Assembly (NCBI GenBank): GCA_036732755.1
Contig: DAINBU010000006.1
Coordinates: 26,688-86,768 of the forward strand
Source of the DNA: Planctomycetota bacterium
GTDB lineage: Bacteria; Planctomycetota; B15-G4; SIAN01
DNA: 60,081 nucleotides
Reading direction: 5' to 3'
The position numbers and the translations under genes are program-made. Shown here piece by piece: positions 41,860 through 50,249 of this stretch (positions are counted from its first letter, which is position 1; each line of letters starts with the position of its first letter). The notes beneath the pieces were generated by a model that was not told the origin of the DNA, searched no databases, and saw only the letters and a list, made by a program, of their open reading frames with translations.

Positions 41860-43752
41860 GTGACCCAACTGCGCGTGCTCGGCCTGCACGGGGTCGGCGA
41901 CCACCACACCGACTCCGCCTGGAAGGAGCAGTGGAGCGACGCGATCGAGGCCGCGCTGCGCCGCTGGGACCCGTCGCTCTCCGTCGAATGCGAGCTCCCG
42001 GTCTACGACGATCTCTTCTCCGATCCGCGCTGGAAGCTCGATCCCCTCCGCTACGCCCAGGCCGTCGGGAAGATGACCGCGAGCGGCGTCACCGTCGGCC
42101 TCGAGACGATCGGCGAGAAGATCGGCGACGCCTTCGGCCGGATCGGCGACGAGATCGGCAGCTGGTTCCGTCCGTCGCGCGACCTCGCCTCCCTCCCCAA
42201 CGAGCTGCGCTGGACTGCCGGCATGGTCGTCCAGTGGGCCGACTACGACGAGCTGCGCAAAGCGGCGCGCGCGTGGCTGGCGAAGCAGCTCGCGGGCGGG
42301 CCCTTCGACGTCGTGGTCGCGCACAGCCTCGGCTCCCTCATCGCCTACGACACCTTCATCCACGGTCAGGCGCTGCTGACCGGCGCGACGATGGTCGCAC
42401 TGTTCGGGTCGCAGGTCGGCAACCCGTTCGTGCGCGACACCCTGGGCGGCTACCTCGTCCCGCTGAAGAGGCCGCGCGCGTGGTTCCAGCTGTTCAATCC
42501 CAACGACCGCGCCTTCTCGGCGCCGATCCGCGTGCCGTCCGACCCGAAGTTCCGCCGCGTCGCGACGCCCTTCCGCGACGGCTTCCTGAGCCACGACGCG
42601 GTGCGCTACCTCTCCCATCCCGAAGCGGTCGGCGGCTTCTGGAGCGCCGTCGTCGCGGCGCGGCCCGGGGTCAAGGGGTTCGCGCCGATCCGCCACGCGC
42701 TCGCCGCGTTCGACGCGACGCTCGCGCCGGCGGGCCGGGACCGCAAGGTCGTGGCGGGGAAGCGCGCCGCGCCGAACCGGAGAGCGCTGCTGGTCGGGAT
42801 CAACGACTACCCCGATCCGGCCAACCGGCTCGACGGCTGCGTCAACGACGTCTTCCTGATCAGCGCCGCGCTGCAGGAGAGCGGCTTCAAGCCCGAGGAG
42901 ATCCGCGTCGTCTTCGACGGGCGCGCCACGGCGCAGGGGATCCTCGAGCGGGTGCGCTGGCTGCTCGACGGCACGCGCGACGGCGACGAGCGCGTCCTGT
43001 TCTACAGCGGCCACGGCGCGCAGATCCCCGGCTACGGCTCGAGCCTCGAGGTCGACCACCTGACGGAGTGCCTCGTCCCCCACGACTTCGACTGGACCGA
43101 GGAGCACGCGATCACCGACGCGCAGCTCGCCGAGCTCTACAGCCAGCTCCCGTACGAGAGCCGCTTCGTCGCGATCTTCGACTGCTGCCACTCGGGAGGG
43201 ATGTCGCGCGACGGCGGCGCGAAGGTGCGCGGCATCACGCCGCCCGACGACGTGCGCCACCGCGCGCTGCGCTGGGATCCCGGCGAGGAGATGTGGGTCG
43301 CGCGCGACTTCAAGCCGATCACCTCCGACCGCGACGTGCTCGGCGACGCCGAGCGGCGCAAGAGCTACGTCGGCGCGAGCGGCGCGAGCTACCGGCTCGG
43401 CCGCGGCATGGCGGTGCGCTCGCTCGACCGCGCCGACAAGAAGCGGCAACGCGACGCGGTCGGCAGCCGCGGGCCGTTCCTCCCAATGATCCTCGAGGCG
43501 TGCGCCGAGCAGGAGCTCGCGTACGAGTACCGCCACGGCGTCACTTCGTACGGCGCCTTCACCTTCTCCCTCACCAAGGAACTGCGCGACGCGCGCCGGG
43601 CGACGGGCCGCAAGGGGATCGACTTCGCCGGACTGATGAAGAAGACGACGGCGCGGCTGCACCGGCTCGACTACGACCAGACGCCCGCGCTGGTCGGCCC
43701 GACCGCGCTCACGCGCATCGCGATCCCGTGGACGAAAGGGTCCGTGCGCTGA
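41860..43752 (+). CDS. Fusion of an alpha/beta-hydrolase-like domain (GxSxG) and a caspase/metacaspase (peptidase C14) domain
   Basis: The N-terminal half has DVVVAHSLGSLIAY (nucleophile elbow). The C-terminal half has LLVGINDYPDPANRLDGCVNDV, FYSGHGAQ and FDCCHSGG, which form the caspase His/Cys dyad context. The start is GTG at 41860, with GGAG 8 nt upstream. Confidence 0.7.
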   Translation: MTQLRVLGLHGVGDHHTDSAWKEQWSDAIEAALRRWDPSLSVECELPVYDDLFSDPRWKLDPLRYAQAVGKMTASGVTVGLETIGEKIGDAFGRIGDEIGSWFRPSRDLASLPNELRWTAGMVVQWADYDELRKAARAWLAKQLAGGPFDVVVAHSLGSLIAYDTFIHGQALLTGATMVALFGSQVGNPFVRDTLGGYLVPLKRPRAWFQLFNPNDRAFSAPIRVPSDPKFRRVATPFRDGFLSHDAVRYLSHPEAVGGFWSAVVAARPGVKGFAPIRHALAAFDATLAPAGRDRKVVAGKRAAPNRRALLVGINDYPDPANRLDGCVNDVFLISAALQESGFKPEEIRVVFDGRATAQGILERVRWLLDGTRDGDERVLFYSGHGAQIPGYGSSLEVDHLTECLVPHDFDWTEEHAITDAQLAELYSQLPYESRFVAIFDCCHSGGMSRDGGAKVRGITPPDDVRHRALRWDPGEEMWVARDFKPITSDRDVLGDAERRKSYVGASGASYRLGRGMAVRSLDRADKKRQRDAVGSRGPFLPMILEACAEQELAYEYRHGVTSYGAFTFSLTKELRDARRATGRKGIDFAGLMKKTTARLHRLDYDQTPALVGPTALTRIAIPWTKGSVR

Positions 43753-43921
43753 CGGCCGCATCGGCGACCGCTTTGTAGATCGCGCCAGAGCGCGACCGAC
43801 CGCCGGCGGCGCCGCTCCCGCGCGATCCCCTGCAGGATCCCCGCGTCGGGGCTCCGCGCTCGCTCCGGCACGGGCAGTTGCTTCCACCGCTCCTTCCATC
43901 CTGGGTCGCAGGAGAGGAGCC

Positions 43922-44488
43922 ATGGACGGCACGCCCGATCTCTTCGAAGTCCTTCACCTCCACACGCCGGGCGTCGGGACGATTCGCGTCGACGCGCCGG
44001 CGTTTCCTCCCGTCCGCGCCGCCGTCTTCCGCAAGGCGCGCGAGGCCGACTTCGCCGCCGCCGAGCTGGTGCGCGCCGGGTTCGCGAAGGACCACATCAC
44101 GGTCGTCTGCTCGTCGGATCGCGGCCACCGTTTCGACGGCTTCGACCGGCGGGATCCGGCCGGAGCGCACACGCTGGGCGCGGTGCTCGGCGGCAGCGCG
44201 GTCGGCGCGGCGCTCGGCGGATTGGCCGCGATCGCGGGCACGGAGCTGCTCCTGACCGGGCCGCTGCTCGTCGGGATCGGCGCGCTCGCCGGCGGATTCG
44301 TCGGCGCGATGCTCTCGCGCGGGGTCGAGCGCGAGGCGACGAACTACTACGACCAGGCGGTGCGCAAGGGCGACATCCTCGTCGCGGTCGAGTGCGATCC
44401 GGGGAGCGACCAGCGCGAGCGGCTCGCGCTGGCGGAGCGCCTCCTCGCCCGGGCCGGCGCCCGCCCCCTCCCGCTGCTGGAGGGGTGA
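43922..44488 (+). CDS. Hypothetical protein with a glycine-zipper membrane segment
   Basis: The RBS is CAGGAGAGGAGCC-ATG. The central segment GAVLGGSAVGAALGGLAAIAGTELLLTGPLLVGIGALAGGFVGAML is Gly-zipper-like. Confidence 0.5.
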   Translation: MDGTPDLFEVLHLHTPGVGTIRVDAPAFPPVRAAVFRKAREADFAAAELVRAGFAKDHITVVCSSDRGHRFDGFDRRDPAGAHTLGAVLGGSAVGAALGGLAAIAGTELLLTGPLLVGIGALAGGFVGAMLSRGVEREATNYYDQAVRKGDILVAVECDPGSDQRERLALAERLLARAGARPLPLLEG

Positions 44489-44507
44489 GCGCCGGCCCGC
44501 CGCGCGG

Positions 44508-46451
44508 TCACGCGCCCGCGTCGGGCGCGGGCCCCGCGTGCCGCGCCGCGCTCCCGTTCGCGGCGACGCGCTCGCTCAGCAGGAGGCCGAGCAGCCCCTC
44601 GCCGGCGCCGCCGCGGCCGCCGCTCGCGATCTGCGGCACGATCGCGACCTTCGCCGCCGCGAGCTCGCGCGCGATGGTGATGCGCGCCGTGTTCTCGCCG
44701 CCGAGCGCGGCGACCTGCGCCTCGTAGCCGCGCGCACGCGCCAGCCCCTCGGCCTCGACCGCCACCGCGCTCGCCTTGCCGGTCTCCGACAGGTAGTACG
44801 CCTCGCCGTCCGCCTCCGCCTTGCGCGCCGCGGCGAGGTCGCGGCGCACGTCGACGCCGAGGCGCGCCCGCACCACCTCGTCCTGCATGTTGGCGATGCC
44901 GGTCGCCTCCGCGACGTTCTTGCGCTCCGCCTCGGCCTGCTGCTTCTTCTTGAACGTCTCGATCTCCTGGTTGGCGATCTCGCGCTCCTTCAGGACGCGG
45001 GTCAGCTCGTCGGGCAGGTCGACGTCCTGGATGAAGACGCCGATCGTCTCGACCTCGTAGTCCCCGAGCATCTTGCGGACGTGCGCGCTCGCCGACTCCT
45101 GCACGGTGCCGCGCTTCTCGATGAACTCGATCGCCGCCATGCCCTGCAGCGTGTTGCGGAAGTGGTTGCCCACGGCGCCCTGCAGCAGCTCGACCACGAG
45201 GTTGTTCATCGAGCCGACGCGCGAGATCACGCGCGGCGCCATCGTGTCGGGCACGTGCAGCTGGACCTGCAGGTCGATCGAGAAGCGGAAGCCCTCGCGG
45301 CTCTTGGCGTCGATCGGCTTCAGGTCCTTGTCGAGGTCGTGCGCCTTCGAGTAGTAGTCGGCCCAGTTGAGGGTGAGGATCGCGGTCGGGACCTTGATCG
45401 CGTCGTAGAGCCGCGGGTTCACCATGTACTTGCCGACGCGCAGCGGCTCCTGCCAGAGACCGCGGTGGCCCGGGTGAACCAGCGAGCCGTGCTTGAACTG
45501 CGGCCCCGACGTGTCGGCGGTCGGCAGCCCGATGTACGCCTTCACGACGGCGACCTCGCCCTGCTCGACGACCAGCATCGGCACGCGCTCGACGCGGACC
45601 AGCAGCGGGTTCAGGTTGTAGGCGCCGTAGGGAAGCGCGTCGTGCTGCAGGCCGCTGCGCCCGCCCTGGTCGAGGAAGCGCTGCAGGTCCTGGTAGTTGT
45701 CGTGGAGGTGGTTCTTGTTCTGCAGCAGCGCCTCGATCAGCTCGGTGTCGTTGTGCGCCTGCTTCTCGAGTTCGGCGATGTCGGCGAAGCCGCCGAGCCG
45801 GCTCGCGATGTCGCCCGCCTCGACCGGCGGACCCTCGAGCACGGTGACGACGCCGCAGACGTCGCGACCGTCCACGTCGGGCTGGATGCGCGTGACGCGC
45901 AGGTCGAGCGCGCGCAGCGTCTCCACGAGGACGCGGATCTCGGCGCTCACCGGCCGGCCGAACGAGCGGCCCTGGGTGACGACGATGAAGCCGACCGGGT
46001 GGATCGGCGCCAGCGTGCCCGGCGCGAGCACCGGCCGCTGCACGCCCTTCTGCCCGCCGTTCGCGCGGAACGCCGCCACGTCCTGGAAGTCGGCGAACCC
46101 GGGGCGGTAGACGGCGCTCTTCGCCCCGACCGGGAGCGGTCCGCCGACCTGCGCGACGACGAGGCCGACGTGGTCGGCCGGGATCTGCACCCACGGGTGC
46201 TTGCGGACCGCGCAGAGCGGCCAGAGCCGGAAGCGCAGGCCGGGCATCAGGAGCTCGGCCTGCCAGCCCGCCTCGCCCGCGAACGCGACGGGATCGTCGC
46301 CGCGCAGGCTCGGCCCGACGCGCTTCAGCACGAGCCCCACCTCCGTCGGCCCGATCAGGACCCACGAACGCGCCAGCACGAGCAGCAGCACGAGCCCGGA
46401 CAGCCCGAATGCGATCCGATGCTCGACGACGAACCGGATCACGCTTTCCAT
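44508..46451 (-). CDS. SPFH/band-7 family protein (flotillin-like)
   Basis: The N-terminal TM anchor is IAFGLSGLVLLLVLA. A long SPFH region is followed by a coiled coil with EA-rich repeats (IANQEIETFKKKQQAEAERKNVAEATG...ARKAEADGEAYY...AVEAEGLARARG). Confidence 0.7.
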   Translation of the reverse strand: MESVIRFVVEHRIAFGLSGLVLLLVLARSWVLIGPTEVGLVLKRVGPSLRGDDPVAFAGEAGWQAELLMPGLRFRLWPLCAVRKHPWVQIPADHVGLVVAQVGGPLPVGAKSAVYRPGFADFQDVAAFRANGGQKGVQRPVLAPGTLAPIHPVGFIVVTQGRSFGRPVSAEIRVLVETLRALDLRVTRIQPDVDGRDVCGVVTVLEGPPVEAGDIASRLGGFADIAELEKQAHNDTELIEALLQNKNHLHDNYQDLQRFLDQGGRSGLQHDALPYGAYNLNPLLVRVERVPMLVVEQGEVAVVKAYIGLPTADTSGPQFKHGSLVHPGHRGLWQEPLRVGKYMVNPRLYDAIKVPTAILTLNWADYYSKAHDLDKDLKPIDAKSREGFRFSIDLQVQLHVPDTMAPRVISRVGSMNNLVVELLQGAVGNHFRNTLQGMAAIEFIEKRGTVQESASAHVRKMLGDYEVETIGVFIQDVDLPDELTRVLKEREIANQEIETFKKKQQAEAERKNVAEATGIANMQDEVVRARLGVDVRRDLAAARKAEADGEAYYLSETGKASAVAVEAEGLARARGYEAQVAALGGENTARITIARELAAAKVAIVPQIASGGRGGAGEGLLGLLLSERVAANGSAARHAGPAPDAGA

Positions 46452-46556
46452 CGCAGTGCCTCCACGGGGTTTCCGTTCGTGGAAGCAAACCGGATCGGGG
46501 GCGGTCGCGCTCGACGCGGCCCCCGTTTCAACGCGGCGTTAACGCGCCGCCCGGGA

Positions 46557-47687
46557 TCAGTGCGGGGCGCCGAGGATCGGGAAGAGCCGCGCGAGGAACG
46601 GCAGCACGATCGAGACGAGGAACAGCAGGATGATGATCCACTCGAGCAGCTCCATGCGCCGCGAGTTCTGCTCGTCGGAGAGCTTGGCGTAGACGCTGTC
46701 GAGCGTCTCGAGCTTGCGCAGGATGCTCGCGTCCCAGGCGTCGAGGTGGAGGCGGCGCGCCGCCAGCCGGTAGACGCGCGCCAGGAACTGGTCGCCCAGC
46801 ATCTTGATCGCGTTGTTCACGCTCTCGAAGAGGAGCGCGTTCTCGAGCTGCAGCTGCGCGACGCGGCGCACGCTCTCGCGCAGGTCGTCGCCGCGCCGCC
46901 TCCACCAGGAGCGGCCGCGCGACCGCAGGATGTCGTAGGAGCGGTCGAGCGCCTCGTCGAGGCGGTCGTCGAGGTAGCGCATCTCCAGCAGCTCGACGTT
47001 GGCGAACTCGAGCACGCTGAGCGCGTCCTCGCCGAGCGCGTCGAAGAGGAAGGCGCCGTTCCAGTCGATCACGAGGTCGTCGCGCGGACCGTAGGAGATG
47101 CGGAACTGCAGCGCGTCGGCGACCTCGTTCTCCCGCAACCCCTCGCGCTCGGCGCGCAGCGTCCGCGCGATCAGGTCGCGCCGCCCGTCGATGATCGCCG
47201 CGGGGTCGGAGCCGGGTGCCCAGCGCTGGACGTGGAAGACGGCGTAGTCCTCGACGAGGTCGGCGAGACGCGGGGCGCGCACGGCGTCGCCGAGGCGGTC
47301 GATCCACGCCTTCACGCGCTCCGTGCTGTCGCGCTTGAGGCGCGGGTCCTCGTCGAGCACGCTCGCGAGCCCGCGCAGCTCGTCGAGCTCGCGGCCGCCG
47401 AGCGGGATGCGGTACGCGATCGAGATCGCGCCGAAATCGTAGAGCGTCGCCTCGACCCGCCCGTCGGTCGCGAAGCCGCCGATCTCGACGGCCGGGCAGG
47501 GTTCGACGACGCGCAGAGGCGCCGGTCGGAACTGCAGGTAGGCCGGCTCGCGGTGCTCGTGCTTGATGAGCTCGCGCTCGGCGCGCGCCGAGCAGCGCTG
47601 CTCGGCGCGGTCGAGGTCGATCTGATGCCCGAGGTCGTAGGCGAACCAGACGTGCGCCGTGCCGGATTCGATGCGGAAGGAGTCCAC
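46557..47687 (-). CDS. Hypothetical protein with a C-terminal membrane anchor, upstream of the flotillin gene
   Basis: A 376-aa ORF with balanced composition and a C-terminal TM helix (LLEWIIILLFLVSIVLPFLARLFPIL). It is on the same strand as the flotillin gene and 106 nt upstream of it. Confidence 0.5.
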   Translation of the reverse strand: MDSFRIESGTAHVWFAYDLGHQIDLDRAEQRCSARAERELIKHEHREPAYLQFRPAPLRVVEPCPAVEIGGFATDGRVEATLYDFGAISIAYRIPLGGRELDELRGLASVLDEDPRLKRDSTERVKAWIDRLGDAVRAPRLADLVEDYAVFHVQRWAPGSDPAAIIDGRRDLIARTLRAEREGLRENEVADALQFRISYGPRDDLVIDWNGAFLFDALGEDALSVLEFANVELLEMRYLDDRLDEALDRSYDILRSRGRSWWRRRGDDLRESVRRVAQLQLENALLFESVNNAIKMLGDQFLARVYRLAARRLHLDAWDASILRKLETLDSVYAKLSDEQNSRRMELLEWIIILLFLVSIVLPFLARLFPILGAPH

Positions 47688-47832
47688 GGGCGCGCAGCCA
47701 CCATGACGAGGGGACGACCCGGGGCGCAGCGTAGCGGGACGTCGTCTCCCGCAGTCCCGCAGGAACGCGCGGAGCGAGGCGGCGCCCGGGGGCTCCGCCT
47801 CGCTCCGCCCGCATCACCCTTCGATCAGCGGA

Positions 47833-48201
47833 TTATTCGTGCTCCGGGTGGCCGGCCGCCGCCTTGTCCCGCAGCGCGCGCAAGCGACGGATGCGGCGCT
47901 CGAGGGCGTAGCGACTGATGCCGAGCAGCGTCGCGGCCTGCCGCTTCACGCCGTCGGCGTTGCGCATCGCGTGGTCGATGAGCCGCTGCTCGTAGTCGGC
48001 GAGCAGGTAGGTGATGCTCTGCGACCACGGGAAGTCCGGGACGGGGAGCCCGCGGTCGTTCGCCGTCGGCGTCGGGGCGACGTGGCTCGTCGGCGGAGTC
48101 AGCGGGCGCGGCGGGTTCATCCCGCCGATCGGATGCGAGGATGGATTCACCGCGGTCGACGTCGGCCACTTTGTGGAATGTACAATCGCAGATCCGTTCA
48201 T
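47833..48201 (-). CDS. Small Fis-type helix-turn-helix DNA-binding protein
   Basis: The internal start MNGSAIVHS is preceded by a GAGGAG RBS. The C-terminal Fis-like HTH is VKRQAATLLGISRYALERRIRRL. The upstream 490 aa of the ORF is Arg-rich shadow. Confidence 0.45.
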   Translation of the reverse strand: MNGSAIVHSTKWPTSTAVNPSSHPIGGMNPPRPLTPPTSHVAPTPTANDRGLPVPDFPWSQSITYLLADYEQRLIDHAMRNADGVKRQAATLLGISRYALERRIRRLRALRDKAAAGHPEHE

Positions 48202-48405
48202 CGAGGTGCTCCTCTTCGGGGACGCACACCACCGCGCGTCCACGTCGTCGATCCCGTAGCAAACTCGGGTGCCAACCGACGGCGCAAAGTCATGCGACGC
48301 TTCGCGGGTTTTCTCGATTCGACCGCGGCGGACGGGCCGTCCGGTGGGATTCGCCCCGGGGCCCTGATGGAATCCGGCCCGGCAGCGCCCTAACGTGCCC
48401 CCCCC

Positions 48406-49311
48406 ATGGCAACGGAAGCCCACCTGAAGGAACACCGCATCGCGGTGTTCTTCGACTTCGAAAACATCATCACCGGCGTCCGCGACGCGAAGTACGACCA
48501 GTTCCGGCTCGACCTGATCCTCGACCGCCTCGTCGAGAAGGGCAAGATCATCTTCAAGCGCGCGTACTGCGACTGGTCGCGGTTCCGCGAGCACAAGAAC
48601 GAGATGCACGAGTACAGCTTCGAGCTGGTCGACATCCCGAAGAAGAGGATCAGCGGGAAGAACTCGGCCGACATCCGGATGGTCGTCGACGCCCTCGACC
48701 TCTGCTACCGGCGCGAGCACATCACGGCCTTCGCGCTCGTGTCGGGGGACTCCGACTTCTCGCCCCTCGCCACCAAGCTCACCGAATACAACAAGTACGT
48801 GATCGGCATCGGCGTCAAGAACTCGACGTCGGAGCTCCTGGTGAGCGTCAGCGACGAGTTCATCTACTACGAGGACCTGGTCCGGGAGAAGCGGCGTCCG
48901 CCCCGCCCGGTCGTCGCGGTCACCGCCTCCGCCTCCGCCACCGCCTCCGCGGCGGCTCCGGGCGACGGCAAGGCGGACGAGCTCTTCGACCTGGTCACGG
49001 ACGCCTACGCGGCGCTGCAGCGCGAGAACTACGAGCACATCTGGGGCTCGATGATCAAGCAGCAGATCAAGCGCAAGCGGCCGCAGTTCTCCGAGAACTA
49101 CTTCGGCTTCCGCAACTTCTCCGACGTCCTGGAGGCGGCGAAGAAGGCGGGGCTGTTCGAGCTCAAGCGCGACCAGCGCAGCGGCAGCTACGTCGTCACC
49201 GAGACGAGCCGCGGCGGGTCGCCGCCGGCCGCCCCGGTCGACGCCGCGCCGCCGCCCGCGCCGAGCTCCGGCGGCGACGCGATGCGCGCGGTCCCGCAGT
49301 TCGGCGACTGA
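48406..49311 (+). CDS. NYN-domain (LabA-like) protein with a C-terminal OST-HTH/LOTUS domain
   Basis: RIAVFFDFENI...AYCDW...KNSADIRMVVDALDL...ALVSGDSDFSPL is the NYN/LabA nuclease-fold signature. A poly-Ala/Ser linker precedes the OST-HTH-like tail (LFDLVTDAYAALQRENYEHIWGSMIKQQI). Its GC is visibly lower than the surroundings. Confidence 0.75.
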   Translation: MATEAHLKEHRIAVFFDFENIITGVRDAKYDQFRLDLILDRLVEKGKIIFKRAYCDWSRFREHKNEMHEYSFELVDIPKKRISGKNSADIRMVVDALDLCYRREHITAFALVSGDSDFSPLATKLTEYNKYVIGIGVKNSTSELLVSVSDEFIYYEDLVREKRRPPRPVVAVTASASATASAAAPGDGKADELFDLVTDAYAALQRENYEHIWGSMIKQQIKRKRPQFSENYFGFRNFSDVLEAAKKAGLFELKRDQRSGSYVVTETSRGGSPPAAPVDAAPPPAPSSGGDAMRAVPQFGD

Positions 49312-49329
49312 GCGCGCGACGCGACCCCG

Positions 49330-49797
49330 ATGCTCGACCGGATGTTCCCGAACGGGATCGAGCACTACCTCACCGGCGGGCTGCTGATCGGCGCGGGCGT
49401 CGCGCTGCTCTTCGTCGCGGCGGGACTCGTCGGCGGCATGAGCTCGTTCTTCCCGGCGGTCCTGTCGTGGTGCGTGCCGGGGCCGGCGTTCCGGCGCGCG
49501 CCGCTCCTCTCGACCCGCGGCTGGCGCGTCGCGTACGCGCTCGGGCTCGTCGCCGGCGCGGCGCTCTTCGTCCTCCTCGGCGGCGCACCGACCCACACGC
49601 AAGTCGCGCCGTGGCGGCTGCTCGCCGGCGGCTTCCTGGTCGGCTTCGGGTCGCGGCTCGGCGGCGGCTGCACGTCGGGCCACGGGATCTGCGGACTCGC
49701 GTCGCTGCAGCGGCCGTCGCTCGCCGCGGTCGTCACGTTCCTCGCGACCGGGATGGCGACCGCGCAGCTCGTCGCACGCCTGGGGATTTCGCCGTGA
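49330..49797 (+). CDS. YeeE/YedE-family membrane protein (sulfur-compound transport), first half
   Basis: A Gly-rich TM protein carrying the conserved GGCTSGHG motif of YeeE/YedE. Confidence 0.65.
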   Translation: MLDRMFPNGIEHYLTGGLLIGAGVALLFVAAGLVGGMSSFFPAVLSWCVPGPAFRRAPLLSTRGWRVAYALGLVAGAALFVLLGGAPTHTQVAPWRLLAGGFLVGFGSRLGGGCTSGHGICGLASLQRPSLAAVVTFLATGMATAQLVARLGISP

Positions 49798-50249
49798 AGA
49801 CGCGCGTCGCGCTCGTCGCGCTGCTGGGCGGCGTCCTCTTCGGCTGCGGGCTCGCGCGCTCCACCATGGTCTCGCCCGAGGTGGTGCTCTCGTTCCTCCG
49901 CTGGCGCGACTTCGGGCTGCTGCTCGTGCTGGGAGGCGCGGTCGCGGTCGCGCTGCCGGCCTACCAGCTCGCCCCGCGCTGGCTGAAGGCGCCGCCCTTC
50001 GGCGACCAGTTCGGCCGCCACGCGGCGCGCCTCGACCGCTCGACGCTGTTCGGCTCCGCGATCTTCGGGATCGGCTGGGGGCTCTGCGGCGTCTGCTCTG
50101 GCCCTTCGATCGCGAGCCTCGGCGCGGGGAACGTCCCGACGCTCTGGGCGCTGCTCGGGATCTTCGCGGGCGCCTTCGTCCAGGGATGGCTCGCGCGGCC
50201 GCGCGCGGGCGTCGCGGCCGGCCTCAGCGCGGACCGAACCAGCGCTTGA
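49794..50249 (+). CDS. YeeE/YedE-family membrane protein, second half (split-gene partner)
   Basis: The GTG start at 49794 overlaps the previous stop (GTGA). A paralogous motif is present (GIGWGLCGVCSGP). It is the typical two-gene split YeeE/YedE pair. Confidence 0.55.
   Translation: MKTRVALVALLGGVLFGCGLARSTMVSPEVVLSFLRWRDFGLLLVLGGAVAVALPAYQLAPRWLKAPPFGDQFGRHAARLDRSTLFGSAIFGIGWGLCGVCSGPSIASLGAGNVPTLWALLGIFAGAFVQGWLARPRAGVAAGLSADRTSA

Noticed and set aside
47833-49683. 616-aa minus ORF
   Set aside because: Only the last 122 codons, the Fis-type HTH protein, have features. The remainder is Arg-rich and antisense to the NYN and YeeE genes.
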